This document shows, piece after piece, positions 1 through 9,971 of a stretch of 64,000 nucleotides of DNA (the stretch's first letter is position 1; every line of letters starts with the position of its first letter). The stretch is from Candidatus Tethybacter castellensis (GTDB taxonomy: Bacteria > Pseudomonadota > Gammaproteobacteria > Tethybacterales > Tethybacteraceae): positions 4,137 through 68,136 of the forward strand of contig JAZHEJ010000042.1 in NCBI GenBank assembly GCA_036679665.1. Direction: 5' to 3'. Below the pieces are notes generated by a model. The model saw only the letters and a program-made list of their open reading frames with translations, was not told the DNA's origin and made no database searches. The position numbers and the translations under genes were made by a program.

Positions 1-1
1 T

Positions 2-1162
2 AGCGCCAAAGTGGGAATGCACATGCTTGAAGATTTCCGCGATAACTTGCCACTATCGAGCAAACTTGCCGCGGTGCGTGGCACATTGATGCCGGGTTTG
101 AGTTTGGCAGGGATGCCTGGAAGTAAGCTTACCCCTGACAGTGAGGCGGTTGTGCTTTTCACCTCCGGTTCAGAAGGTGTGCCCAAAGGAGTGGTATTGA
201 CCCAGCGCAACTTAGTGGCCAACGCGATGCAGATATTGGCACGCATCCCGATTGACGACGACGATCTGCTGTTTAACAGCTTGCCGTTGTTCCATTCTTT
301 CGGCATGATTGGCGGATTGGTTTTGCCGGTGGCTGCCGGGTTGAGCACATTGCAATTTCCTTCGCCGCTGCTGTATCAACAGATTCCCGCGATAATACGT
401 TCAGAGCGAGCCACGATTATTTTTTCGACCAGTACGTTTTTGGGCCAATATGGCAATTCAGCGCACCCGACGGATTTCAATTCACTACGTTTGATAGTTG
501 CAGGTGGCGAGCAACTTAAGTCCGCGGTACGTCAAGCGTGGCTAACTAAATTCGGTAAGCGGATACTGGAAGGCTACGGGGTAACTGAAACTTCTCCGGC
601 TATCGCGGTAAACGTGGATGACGCGAATCAGGACGGGTCGATCGGCTTGCCGCTACCCGGGGTGGACTATCGTATTAACCAAGTTGACGGAGTAGAAACA
701 GGCGGTCAGCTGGTTTTACAGGGGCCTAATGTGATGCGCGGTTATCTGTTCGCAGATCGTCCCGACAAAATTGTCACGGTGCCTGAGTCAGGTCATGACA
801 CAGGCGACATAGCCACGGTAGACCCAAACGGTTATTTAGCCATCGTTGGCAGAATCAAGCGCTTTGCGAAGGTGGCAGGCGAAATGGCCCCCTTGGGACG
901 AATCGAAGAAGTGCTCGAGGAGGGTTTGGGCGATACTACCTGTGTGGTGCTAGCTATCGCTGATGAGCGCCGCGGTGAGAAAATTATTCTGGCAACCACG
1001 GTACCGGATGTGAAGTCCGACCAGATTGTCAAGTTGATGCAAGAAGCCAAGCTACCTGAGCTGTGGGTACCGCGCACGATTATTCCGATTGCGGATATTC
1101 CGTTGCTAGCAACGGGTAAGAAGGATTATCCAGCCGTTGAACGCTTGCTCAAGCTGTCTTAA
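2..1162 (+). CDS. aas: AMP-dependent acyl-ACP/acyl-CoA synthetase domain, 5'-truncated by the window edge (Aas-like C-terminal half)
   Basis: The frame stays open to position 2. AMP-binding motifs are present: TSGSEGVPKGV, GYGVTETSP, TGDIA, GRIKRFAKVAGEM, GKKDY. Confidence 0.7.
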   Translation, partial: SAKVGMHMLEDFRDNLPLSSKLAAVRGTLMPGLSLAGMPGSKLTPDSEAVVLFTSGSEGVPKGVVLTQRNLVANAMQILARIPIDDDDLLFNSLPLFHSFGMIGGLVLPVAAGLSTLQFPSPLLYQQIPAIIRSERATIIFSTSTFLGQYGNSAHPTDFNSLRLIVAGGEQLKSAVRQAWLTKFGKRILEGYGVTETSPAIAVNVDDANQDGSIGLPLPGVDYRINQVDGVETGGQLVLQGPNVMRGYLFADRPDKIVTVPESGHDTGDIATVDPNGYLAIVGRIKRFAKVAGEMAPLGRIEEVLEEGLGDTTCVVLAIADERRGEKIILATTVPDVKSDQIVKLMQEAKLPELWVPRTIIPIADIPLLATGKKDYPAVERLLKLS

Positions 1163-1166
1163 AAAT

Positions 1167-2345
1167 CTAGTTCGCGTTGCTTTCGGTGCATTGAGCTGCC
1201 ATACGATAAAGACGATTGACCTCTTCTTGTCCTTTACCTTCTGCCTCGGCTAATTTGGCAAGTTGGAGGTACGTTGGGCGATCTTCGTGGATCGCCAATG
1301 CTTTTTCAAGCAACTTGCGCGCTTGAGCCCATAGTTGTTCTCTCATCGCCAGCGCGGCGATCGAGCGCAGCAAAGCCACATCTTTGCTGTTGTCTTGCAA
1401 GGACTTATCCGAGCGCGCCAGAGCCTGACGCACCAGTTCGTCGTTGCCGTGGCGTGCGATCGCGTTGAACGTCTCGGCGTACGGATCTTGCTCTAAAACC
1501 TTGGTCAAAATCGCTGAAGCTCCTTGGGTATCGTGTACCGCGGCCAGGCGATCAGCGGCAGCAACGGTTACAGATGTGGCTGATGAGCTAGATTTGCCAA
1601 CTTTACCAAGTAGGCCACGAACATCATCAGCGTTACCCGCATCAGCAAGGAGTTGTCCGGTTAGTTTACCGATATGGGCACGCAACGCGGGAGAAGGGTC
1701 GCGGTCGAGTAGATGTTGCGCCACATCCAACGCGCCACGAATATCGCCTGATTTTTCGTTGGCATCCAATAGCATCTTCATCGGTTGCACAGCCTTGTTG
1801 GTTGTCGCGCCGGCGATTCGCAACACTTCTGCCGCCTCGCCGGGCAGATTGGCGCTTAGCCGCCCTTGCGCGCTAGCCATCGCCTTGACCATCGGGTCAC
1901 CATCGCCAGCTGTTGCCTTGCGTAACAACATATTTCGTTTCTTTTCGCTGTCAGCGGTAGCTGCGGCCAGATAGTAAGTAACCGCTGGCGCGATACCGGC
2001 GTCCGCGGCGGCAAGAAAGCTTTTGTGCTGATTGGGCTTGACACCCAGCACCATAGATTGCAATCCTTCAACCAGATAATTCAGACGTTTGTGTTCGTTG
2101 CGGCGACGCTTCCAGTTCCGAAGGTGAGCGGGGAAAAATACGATCAGAGAAAAAACTTTCCAACCCAAAATTATTGCCAGACTAACCAGTACCACGCCGA
2201 ACAATAAAACGGTCAGTGGCGTCTCAATCTCTTTGTCAGCTACGTCAATCGTAATTGGAACGTTCAAATAGCGGACGTGGAGAATCCAGCCGCCAAGAAC
2301 GATGGCAATTCCCAAGAGCAAAGTAAGATAGCCTCGCCAGCGCAT
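1167..2345 (-). CDS. hemY: HemY-like membrane/TPR protein
   Basis: Last gene of the hemC-hemD-hemX-hemY string. It has two N-terminal TM helices followed by an Ala/Leu-rich, TPR-like C-terminal part. Confidence 0.7.
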   Translation of the reverse strand: MRWRGYLTLLLGIAIVLGGWILHVRYLNVPITIDVADKEIETPLTVLLFGVVLVSLAIILGWKVFSLIVFFPAHLRNWKRRRNEHKRLNYLVEGLQSMVLGVKPNQHKSFLAAADAGIAPAVTYYLAAATADSEKKRNMLLRKATAGDGDPMVKAMASAQGRLSANLPGEAAEVLRIAGATTNKAVQPMKMLLDANEKSGDIRGALDVAQHLLDRDPSPALRAHIGKLTGQLLADAGNADDVRGLLGKVGKSSSSATSVTVAAADRLAAVHDTQGASAILTKVLEQDPYAETFNAIARHGNDELVRQALARSDKSLQDNSKDVALLRSIAALAMREQLWAQARKLLEKALAIHEDRPTYLQLAKLAEAEGKGQEEVNRLYRMAAQCTESNAN

Positions 2346-2356
2346 AATAATTTGCT

Positions 2357-3334
2357 TTAGCTTGCGGGACTGGGCAGTTCCAGCACCAAATGGTTTGAAG
2401 GATAGCCTGCGGAAATGAGCTCACTTACAGTACGGGTAATTTCGCTGGACACTACGGTAGGATTATGGTTGTTTAGCGCATTTGCAGCTTGTTGAAGACG
2501 ATCAAGTGATTTTAAGTAATTTTCATCGGTACCGCCAAGCAAGGCATTCAAAGACATGGGTAATACCGCCGCTAGTTGATCAATCAGCGTAAGCTGAGCG
2601 ACTTCCTGCGTACTGTCGCGGCTGACTTTGATAAGCGAACTGAAAATGCCGAGTAATTGAGTAGCCTCAGGATCAGGTGCCGAAGCAGCTTCAAGTTCGC
2701 TTTGCGCTTGCGTCCGGGCATTGATGATCTGAGTTTCAAGCTTAGTAAACTGTTCAAGTATCTGGCGCCGCGAGATAGCTGTCGCAAGTCTGGCGCGGTT
2801 GGTTTCGATAAGCGGGAGCAGTTCGCTGTCGCCGGTCAGATTTTGGGCCAGCTTGTCCAAGTCGCCGATTGCAGCTTGCGGGTCGCCGTTGATTTGTAAC
2901 TTCAGGTCGATTATCGCTAGGTGCAGTCTGCCAATTTCGGTTGCGGATACTGACGTACCGCCTGTAAATTGCTGATTGACTACCTGTTCGGCAAATTGCT
3001 CGCTTAAGGCTTGGAGCTGACGCGACGTTGTTTCAAGACTGATTACACGGGTTTGCAATGCGCCGATTTGGGCAATTAATCCGTTGATTTCCGAAGCCAC
3101 TGCCGGCTGAATGGAAAGCGGCTCTGTGCGGGGAGAGGTTTCCGCTTGATCAAGTTCCAACGGCTGTTCAACTGATTCGCCAAACACATACTTTTCGATC
3201 AAGCTGTCAAGCCAGCCTTTCGAATACGCATAGCCTGTGCCGACTATTATCAACACCAGCACCAGCCAGCCAAATCCTCCGCCAGATTTGCTTTTGGGTT
3301 CCGGCGGTGGCGCTTGCGTGTTATTTTCGTTCAT
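2357..3334 (-). CDS. hemX: HemX-like membrane protein
   Basis: Lies between hemD and hemY. It has an N-terminal TM helix (GWLVLVLIIVGTGYAY) followed by a long Q/L/E-rich coiled-coil-like region. Its start overlaps the hemD stop (ATGA). Confidence 0.65.
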   Translation of the reverse strand: MNENNTQAPPPEPKSKSGGGFGWLVLVLIIVGTGYAYSKGWLDSLIEKYVFGESVEQPLELDQAETSPRTEPLSIQPAVASEINGLIAQIGALQTRVISLETTSRQLQALSEQFAEQVVNQQFTGGTSVSATEIGRLHLAIIDLKLQINGDPQAAIGDLDKLAQNLTGDSELLPLIETNRARLATAISRRQILEQFTKLETQIINARTQAQSELEAASAPDPEATQLLGIFSSLIKVSRDSTQEVAQLTLIDQLAAVLPMSLNALLGGTDENYLKSLDRLQQAANALNNHNPTVVSSEITRTVSELISAGYPSNHLVLELPSPAS

Positions 3335-4089
3335 AAACTAGGTATACAAGACTGAAGTTGTTTAAGGAGTGTGGTGATGTCGCCGTGACAAATTATATTT
3401 TCATATCCTATTTCCAGCGCCTTATCTTTGATCGCAGGGTGAATCACACCAACATTAAGCCGGTGAATCAGTTCAAGATCAGTTCCGGCAATTTCATTCA
3501 AAGCCTCCAGCGAAGCAGCTTCAAACGCGATGATGGTATTAACCGAGGCGCGCACCGCGTCGAATTTGGCACTCCATGTGTCCGGAGCAATTCGTGTTCG
3601 TCGATAGCAGGGCATAGGTACCGGTATGGCCTTGTTGCGAACCAGTAGCGTGTTTGCGTGCGGTAAAGCATTCACCCTTTGAACCAACGCGATGCGTTTG
3701 CCGACAAGCCGTTGGTTGCCTAGTTCAGCACATAGTGTGCGCAAATCACCGATACCGGGCGGCGTGGTGATATTGGTAAATCCCGCCTTGATTAGTTCCT
3801 TGCGCGAAGCAATTCCCGGTGCCGCGCATGCCATTGCGGTAGGTAAAGTTAGCTGGTGGCGCAGCGCAATGCCGCGCAATGCTTGTACTCCGTATGGGCT
3901 TGAAAATAACAACAGTCCGTAGTTTTTGGGCTGGCGCAAAAATGCGATTGCCGCCGGGCAGTCGTATTCGGTCGCAAGGCTAAAGATCGGCATCGCGATT
4001 GCTCTGCCGCCGGTCCGCGTTATTTGCGCTCGTAGCGCGGTGGAACGATTTGAAGCGCGCAACAAGATCGCAACAATGTTGGCGGCCAT
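3331..4089 (-). CDS. hemD: Uroporphyrinogen-III synthase
   Basis: Directly downstream of hemC. I chose the start at MAANIVAILLRAS (codon 37 of the tracked ORF) because the longer ORF would overlap hemC by 104 nt. The resulting length (~252 aa) is typical for HemD. Confidence 0.7.
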   Translation of the reverse strand: MAANIVAILLRASNRSTALRAQITRTGGRAIAMPIFSLATEYDCPAAIAFLRQPKNYGLLLFSSPYGVQALRGIALRHQLTLPTAMACAAPGIASRKELIKAGFTNITTPPGIGDLRTLCAELGNQRLVGKRIALVQRVNALPHANTLLVRNKAIPVPMPCYRRTRIAPDTWSAKFDAVRASVNTIIAFEAASLEALNEIAGTDLELIHRLNVGVIHPAIKDKALEIGYENIICHGDITTLLKQLQSCIPSL

Positions 4090-4093
4090 AATG

Positions 4094-5014
4094 CTACGTG
4101 GTACCCGCGGCGCGAATCTGGGCAAGTAGCTCATTGCCGCCGTCGGCAAGTAAAGCGGTTGCGGCGGTAACCCCTGCTCGGATCGGGTCGTTGTCAATGG
4201 CGTGACCAGATGCTTTGCGTCGGTTATACGCCATCAAGCAGCGCAGGCTGATTTGTCCGTTTGCACCAAGCGTTGCGTGGACACCTAGCGGCGTATGGCA
4301 GTCGCCGTCAAGCTTTGCCACGCAGGCGCGTTCGGCAAGTGATACTTGTCTGGCCGCCGGATTATCAATTGTCGCCAATAGTTTTTTTACTTGGGTATTG
4401 GCGCTCAAACATTCCAAAACTATCGTACCTTGACCTGCGGCAGGAACAAACTCGTCAAGATCAAGATGTTCGCTGATTCGTCCGGCAAGGTGAAGGCGCT
4501 CAAGTCCTGCCGCGGCCAAAATTAGCGCATCGGCGCGACCGTCATCAAACTTGCCTAACCTGGTATCGACATTGCCACGGATCGGTTCGATGTTAACGGT
4601 TGGCATCATTAGCTGAAATAATGCGGCGCGTCGCGGACTTGAAGTTGCGACTGTCGGGGCATCTTTGGCTAAAAGCTCGGTCAAAGTCGCACCGATTAGA
4701 GCGTCACGAGGGTCGGCACGGACTAAAAACGCAGCCAGTTCAAACATAGTGTTATCTCGCCCGACATCCTTGAGCGAATGACATGCCGCGTCGGCTTTAT
4801 CGCTAAGCAACGCCTGTTGCAGCGCCTGCACGAACAGCTCTTTGCCGCCTGCGTCGGCCAATTTGCCGTCGCACCGGTCTCCTTCAGAAATGATTGGAAC
4901 CAATTCGATTTCGAGTCGAGGCCAAGCCTGCTTGAGAGCTTGCGCGGCGATAGCGGATTGCGCGCTCGCTAGCACCCCTGCGCGCGTCGCTAGTCTAAGG
5001 TGTAAGTCTGTCAT
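4094..5014 (-). CDS. hemC: Hydroxymethylbilane synthase (porphobilinogen deaminase)
   Basis: N-terminus LRLATRAGVLASAQS...LVPIISEGDR and the later motifs DALILAAAGLERL and GCHTPLG-like (DGDCHTPLGVHA). I chose the start at M19 of the tracked ORF, 2 nt after the ubiB stop. Confidence 0.9.
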   Translation of the reverse strand: MTDLHLRLATRAGVLASAQSAIAAQALKQAWPRLEIELVPIISEGDRCDGKLADAGGKELFVQALQQALLSDKADAACHSLKDVGRDNTMFELAAFLVRADPRDALIGATLTELLAKDAPTVATSSPRRAALFQLMMPTVNIEPIRGNVDTRLGKFDDGRADALILAAAGLERLHLAGRISEHLDLDEFVPAAGQGTIVLECLSANTQVKKLLATIDNPAARQVSLAERACVAKLDGDCHTPLGVHATLGANGQISLRCLMAYNRRKASGHAIDNDPIRAGVTAATALLADGGNELLAQIRAAGTT

Positions 5015-5016
5015 CG

Positions 5017-6522
5017 CTACAAGGCGATGCCGACTAATAACACACTCAGTATCATGATGGCTAACCATAGCCTGTTCTGGCGTCTGCGCAACTGTTTGAT
5101 TTGTTGCTGCCGCCTAATATCATGGTGCTTAAATTCATGTATTAGCGCGCGCGCTGCCTGGGGCAATTCAGGTAGTAGAGAAACCATGGTTGGGAAACCG
5201 TCACGTGCCGCATCGAACAAACGCCGGGGCGAATTTTGCTCGCGCGCCCAGGTTTCGATCAGCGGCTTTGCGCTTTCCCATAGATTTAGCTTTGGAGCTA
5301 GTTGCCTTCCTATGCCCTCAATGCTAAGCAGAGTCTTTTGAAGCAATATCAGTTGTGGTTGTACGATCAGATTGAAGCGTTGGGCGACTTGGAACAGTTG
5401 CAAAAGCAAACGACCGAAGGAAATCTCGTGGAGCGGACGAGCGAAAATCGGCTCGCAGACCGCGCGAATTGCGGATTCGAACTGGGGAATGGAGGTGTCG
5501 CTTGGTGTCCAACCCGCCTCTACATGCATGACCGCCACCTTGCGGTAGTCACGGTTAAAAAACGCCAGAAAATTAGCGCCGATATATTGTTTGTCAAATT
5601 CCGACAAACTGCCGACGATGCCAAAATCAAGCAAGACAAACCGCTGCTTGGCATCCACCAGCAGGTTGCCAGGATGCATATCGGCGTGAAAGAAACTGTC
5701 GCGAAACACTTCAGTAAAAAATACTTCGATACCGGTGGCGGCGAGACGCTCCAAATCAATGTTGGCAGCTTGTAAATCATCGATCTGATCAATGGGTACG
5801 CCTTCAAGCAATTCCATCACCATGACCAAGTTGGTACAGTGTTTCCAGTAGACCTCGGGCATGACCAGCCGCGGGTGATTGGCAAAGTTGCGCCGCAATT
5901 GATTACAGTTGGCGGCTTCGTGCAGCAAATTGGTTTCTTCTTGCAAACTGCGATGGAACTCTGCCACGATTTCGCGCGGGCGCAACCGCGGCCCATTGGA
6001 CAGCGACTTTTCGATTAGCCATGCGAACGCATCCATCAGTTTTATGTCGCGTTCGACTGCGCGATGGATATTGGGGCGCAGAACTTTGACCGCCGCCGAA
6101 GTTCCGTCGAGTAACTGCGCCTTGTGAACCTGGGCAACTGACGCAGATCCTAATGGCTGTTCTTCAAATGAAGAAAATTTCTGGTCAAGAGGAAGCCCGT
6201 AAGAATCCTCAATCACTTTTTTAATTTGGTTAAACGGTTGCGGGGTTACCGCGTCTTGCAACTTCGAAAGTTCAATGGCAATATCGTGGGGCAGGATGTC
6301 GCGTCGGGTAGAAAGCATCTGGCCAAATTTGACGAAAATCGGTCCAAGATATTCGAGCGCCTCGCGTAGGCGTACGCTCCGCGGTTTGCGCAGCGGTCGC
6401 CAGAAACCCAAGGCCAGCCAGATTCTGGCAAACAACACGGAGCTAAATTGGCGCGCGACGATCTCGTCGAGACCGAACCGAATGGTGGTTATTAAAATTG
6501 TGCTTAGGCGGAAAATGAACAT
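5017..6522 (-). CDS. ubiB: Ubiquinone biosynthesis regulatory kinase-like protein UbiB
   Basis: Shows the ABC1/UbiB signature LGPIFVKFGQMLSTRRDILP, then GSASVAQVHKA, HADMHPGNL and two C-terminal TM helices. I chose the start at M88 (MFIFRL...). The upstream 87 codons look non-coding. Confidence 0.9.
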   Translation of the reverse strand: MFIFRLSTILITTIRFGLDEIVARQFSSVLFARIWLALGFWRPLRKPRSVRLREALEYLGPIFVKFGQMLSTRRDILPHDIAIELSKLQDAVTPQPFNQIKKVIEDSYGLPLDQKFSSFEEQPLGSASVAQVHKAQLLDGTSAAVKVLRPNIHRAVERDIKLMDAFAWLIEKSLSNGPRLRPREIVAEFHRSLQEETNLLHEAANCNQLRRNFANHPRLVMPEVYWKHCTNLVMVMELLEGVPIDQIDDLQAANIDLERLAATGIEVFFTEVFRDSFFHADMHPGNLLVDAKQRFVLLDFGIVGSLSEFDKQYIGANFLAFFNRDYRKVAVMHVEAGWTPSDTSIPQFESAIRAVCEPIFARPLHEISFGRLLLQLFQVAQRFNLIVQPQLILLQKTLLSIEGIGRQLAPKLNLWESAKPLIETWAREQNSPRRLFDAARDGFPTMVSLLPELPQAARALIHEFKHHDIRRQQQIKQLRRRQNRLWLAIMILSVLLVGIAL

Positions 6523-6606
6523 GTTCGAAGACAGCGACCAAGCTATTTGATGCTCAGTGGCGCAGCAGTTTTTGCGCTGTGGCATAATTTTAGCTTTTCG
6601 CCACGT

Positions 6607-7299
6607 ATGACAGTTAATTTGCATGCCATTGTTCCAGCCGCAGGAACGGGACAGCGTTTTAATGCGGAACTTCCCAAGCAATTTGTGGTGCTGGACAAGA
6701 AGATGGTCATTGAACACGCGACGGCGAAAGTGTTGGCCGATAAACGTGTGCGCTGTGTGCATATTGTCGGCTCTGTCGCACACGCGAAGCTATTGAATCG
6801 GGTTGGCGATTCCATGCCGCCAGAGTTGCGCAAACGCGTGAAGGTGCACGAATGTGGAGGTGCCACCCGTGCGCTTAGCGTGCTGGCAGCCGCCAAGATC
6901 GCGGTTCGCGCCCAAGCAAACTGGCTATTGGTGCATGATGCTGTACGCCCGTGTCTGCACGGCGCTGACCTGACGCGTGTCATCGACCGTGCTTTTGAAG
7001 CGCGTGAATCCGCGTTATTGGCAGAATCACTAACTCACACCCTAAAGCAAGGTAAAAACGGCAAGTCGGTGGCTACGATCACTAGAGATGATAAATGGCT
7101 GGCGCAGACGCCGCAGCTTGCCCCGGCCGAGGTGTTATGCCAGGTGCTGGAGAAATTTCCGGACGCGACTGATGAGGCTGAAGCACTGGAAAAAGCCGGG
7201 TATCAACCGCAATTGGTAGCTGTCGCTTATCCGAATCCCAAGCTAACAACTCAGGCTGATTTGCAGATCATAGCCGCGATACTAGCCAATATCAAATAA
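6607..7299 (+). CDS. ispD: 2-C-methyl-D-erythritol 4-phosphate cytidylyltransferase
   Basis: IVPAAGTGQRF motif at the N-terminus and VHDAVRPC motif; ~230 aa. I chose the start at MTVNLHAIVPAAG. Confidence 0.85.
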   Translation: MTVNLHAIVPAAGTGQRFNAELPKQFVVLDKKMVIEHATAKVLADKRVRCVHIVGSVAHAKLLNRVGDSMPPELRKRVKVHECGGATRALSVLAAAKIAVRAQANWLLVHDAVRPCLHGADLTRVIDRAFEARESALLAESLTHTLKQGKNGKSVATITRDDKWLAQTPQLAPAEVLCQVLEKFPDATDEAEALEKAGYQPQLVAVAYPNPKLTTQADLQIIAAILANIK

Positions 7300-7376
7300 A
7301 TGCGGTATTGTTTTTGGTAGAAAAACGATTATAATTATCAATAGGAATATATCCTACTTTTGTTTAAACCAAAACT

Positions 7377-8075
7377 ATGACAGTAATTACCAATCAGCAT
7401 GTCCGCACAGGGCATACCATATCAGCTTCGGCGCGCAAAACGCTACGTAACACCTATTCGTTGCTAGCGCTTACATTGTTGCCGACAATCGTAGGCTCAG
7501 CGATCGGGGTTGCTTTTCCGCTCGCGTTGCTAGGTGGAGGATTTTTTCTACATTTAATCTTGTTTATTGTGGTGATTTTCGGCATGCAGGCTTTGATCAT
7601 CAAAAACCGCCACAGTATCAAGGGTATTTACTTGTTGTTGCTTTTCACTGCGTTAATGGGTTACTTCATCGCTCCGATGTTGTCGTTAGCGCTTGCGTTT
7701 AGCAATGGTGTGGAACTAATCGCGTTGGCGATGGGTGGAACTGCTGCTACATTTTTGGGACTGGCGGGGTACGCGACGATGACAACGCGCAATTTTGCCA
7801 CGCCGGGCATATATAAAACGATGTTCATTGGTTTAATCATGGCATTTGTTTTGTCGATAGTAGGAGTTTTCTTACAAATTCCCGCATTGTCACTAGCAAT
7901 TTCCGCGATCTTTATTCCGATTGTTTCCGCATTCATTGTTTATACGATTAATAACATTGTGCGCGGTGGCGAAACCAATTACATCATGGCGACCATGACT
8001 ATTTACATAATGCTGTTGAACCTGTTTCAATCGCTTTTGCATTTGCTCATGTTCTTTGCCGGTTCGCGCGACTAA
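7377..8075 (+). CDS. Bax inhibitor-1/YccA family inner-membrane protein
   Basis: Seven predicted hydrophobic helices. The C-terminal part (GETNYIMATMTIYIMLLNLFQSLLHLL) is typical of the YccA/BI-1 family. Confidence 0.8.
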   Translation: MTVITNQHVRTGHTISASARKTLRNTYSLLALTLLPTIVGSAIGVAFPLALLGGGFFLHLILFIVVIFGMQALIIKNRHSIKGIYLLLLFTALMGYFIAPMLSLALAFSNGVELIALAMGGTAATFLGLAGYATMTTRNFATPGIYKTMFIGLIMAFVLSIVGVFLQIPALSLAISAIFIPIVSAFIVYTINNIVRGGETNYIMATMTIYIMLLNLFQSLLHLLMFFAGSRD

Positions 8076-8333
8076 CTTCAGCTTTAGGGAATACTCCAGC
8101 TAGTAACACTATTGTTGCTTGGCTGATGTGAAGAAGGCTGAGCAATCGCACTCAGTCTAGCTAAAATACTAGCGCGCCAATGTTGATCTGTATACCATGG
8201 TCATACTTTGATCATTGGCGTGCGCATTTTTCAACCAAATCATATAAAATGCTATTGCCTAGCAATTTTTGTAAGGCGACCAAGATGGCACGACTTGGTT
8301 TTTTATCAAATTGATAATCTAAGGCACAACAAT

Positions 8334-9917
8334 ATGAAATTTGCAACAAAACTATTCATTGGTATCGCGTTATGGGCTGGTTCTTTGAGCATAACGCAGC
8401 TTGCGCACGCAGATTACGAACTTACAGTTCTTCATATAAACGATTTACACGCACGCTTTGAGCCAATCAATCGCTTTGATAGTAATTGTTCGGCGGAAGA
8501 TAATGTTGAAGGCAAATGTTTCGGCGGAATCGCGCGGCTGGTGACGGCTGTTAATGACGCCCGGGCGAGCAACAGCAATCCGATTTTGCTTGATGGCGGC
8601 GACCAGTTTCAAGGCACCCTGTTTTACAACTATCACATGGGTAAGGTTGCCGCGGAATTTATGAACAAATTGTCATTTGACGCAATGACGGTTGGAAACC
8701 ACGAATTTGATAACGGACCTGAAGTATTGCGCACATTTGTCAATACCGTTGATTTTCCAGTATTGATGGCCAATGCCGATTACGCTGATGAGCCACTAAT
8801 CGCAGACCTGATTACCGGTTCCGCCGTGGTGGAAAAGCAAGGTCACAAGATAGGCATAATCGGAATTACACCGGAAGATACCGATGAGTTGTCTAGCCCC
8901 GGCCGTAACATCAATTTTACCAACCCTGTGGCATCGGTGCAGAAGGAAGTCGACCTTTTGACCGACCAAGGTATCAACAAAATTATCGTGGTTAGTCATT
9001 CAGGCTACGAAGTTGACAAGCAGCTTGCCGCACAGACCCGGGGCGTTGACATCATTGTCGGGGGCCACAGCAACAGTTACTTGTCCAATACTTCAGACGA
9101 TGCGGTCGGGCCGTATCCGACGATGATTGGCTCAACGGCGATTGTGCAAGCCTATGCGTACGGTAAGTATCTAGGTGAACTTAAAGTAGTATTCGACGAC
9201 GCCGGGAATATCAAATCAGCCACTGGCGAACCACGGCTTTTAGACGCGAACGTGGAAGAAGACAAGAGTACTAAAGACCGTGTGGCCGAACTAGCTGCTC
9301 CACTTGACAAGATTCGCAATCAGGTCGTGGCGAGTACAGTTACTGCTATCGATCATACTCAGTGTCGCTTGAATGAATGCGAAATGGGCAATCTGGTTGC
9401 GAACGCGATGCTGGCGAAAGTTAAGGACAACGGTTATACGATCGCAATCAGCAACGGTGGTGGTTTACGCGCTTCAATTGACGCCGGCGAAATTACGATG
9501 GACGAGGTTATGACCGTGTTGCCTTTTCAAAATACGCTGTCTACTTTTCGGGTAAACGGGGCTACTATAATTGCTGCCCTCGAGAACGGGGTAAGTCAGG
9601 TAGAAGAGAAAAAAGGACGTTTCCCGCAGGTGGCCGGCTTGCAATACATTTGGGATCTTGGGGTGGCGCCGAACGAAGGCCGGATCAAGGAAGTGAAAGT
9701 CATGGAAGGTGGAAAATGGGTTCCGATTGATCGTAATCGGGTCTACGGAGTAGTTAGTAACAATTACATGCGCAACGGCGGTGATGGCTATAAGATGTTT
9801 ATCGACGCGGAGAACGCGTACGATTACGGTCCGGATCTGGTGGATGTGGTGGTTGAATACCTGGATACCCGCAGACCATATAGTCCCTTGCTGGACGGGC
9901 GCATCAAGCAGCTCTAG
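8334..9917 (+). CDS. Secreted bifunctional metallophosphatase / 5'-nucleotidase (UshA-like)
   Basis: Signal peptide MKFATKLFIGIALWAGSLSITQLAHA. Calcineurin-like motifs NDLHARFEP, GGDQFQGT, GNHEFD and GGHSNS, followed by a 5'-nucleotidase C-terminal domain. The upstream part of the tracked ORF was rejected. Confidence 0.85.
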   Translation: MKFATKLFIGIALWAGSLSITQLAHADYELTVLHINDLHARFEPINRFDSNCSAEDNVEGKCFGGIARLVTAVNDARASNSNPILLDGGDQFQGTLFYNYHMGKVAAEFMNKLSFDAMTVGNHEFDNGPEVLRTFVNTVDFPVLMANADYADEPLIADLITGSAVVEKQGHKIGIIGITPEDTDELSSPGRNINFTNPVASVQKEVDLLTDQGINKIIVVSHSGYEVDKQLAAQTRGVDIIVGGHSNSYLSNTSDDAVGPYPTMIGSTAIVQAYAYGKYLGELKVVFDDAGNIKSATGEPRLLDANVEEDKSTKDRVAELAAPLDKIRNQVVASTVTAIDHTQCRLNECEMGNLVANAMLAKVKDNGYTIAISNGGGLRASIDAGEITMDEVMTVLPFQNTLSTFRVNGATIIAALENGVSQVEEKKGRFPQVAGLQYIWDLGVAPNEGRIKEVKVMEGGKWVPIDRNRVYGVVSNNYMRNGGDGYKMFIDAENAYDYGPDLVDVVVEYLDTRRPYSPLLDGRIKQL

Positions 9918-9971
9918 CTCAAAAGCCGGGTGCCGCGAGGTATGCTGGCGCGACAGGGGTACACATTTTGC

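Noticed and set aside
5003-5057. An apparent 1-nt inconsistency between my hand translation of the printed sequence and the ORF track around the ubiB stop / hemC start.
   Set aside because: This is most likely my own transcription slip over a CA-repeat (…aacacac…). The ORF-track translations in three frames are mutually consistent. I used ORF-track arithmetic for the coordinates and make no frameshift claim.
5017-6783. 5' extensions of tracked ORFs that would create long overlaps or odd N-termini. Affected genes: ubiB +87 aa, hemC +18, hemD +36, ispD +20, the 5'-nucleotidase +42, accA +32, tilS +28, nuoK +39, nuoM +21, bamC +36, leuC +37, uppP +25, thrB +12.
   Set aside because: In each case the family-conserved N-terminus begins at an internal start codon that abuts the neighbouring gene. 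The extensions have no homology-like features.
8279-8305. A small hairpin (ACCAAG-9 nt-CTTGGT) followed by a T-run, about 30 nt upstream of the 5'-nucleotidase start, within the largest intergenic region (8076-8333).
   Set aside because: The stem is only 6 bp with 3 GC pairs. It lies about 200 nt from the upstream gene end and immediately before a start codon. This is too weak to call a terminator, attenuator or sRNA. I saw no tRNA-like or known riboswitch motifs in this gap.
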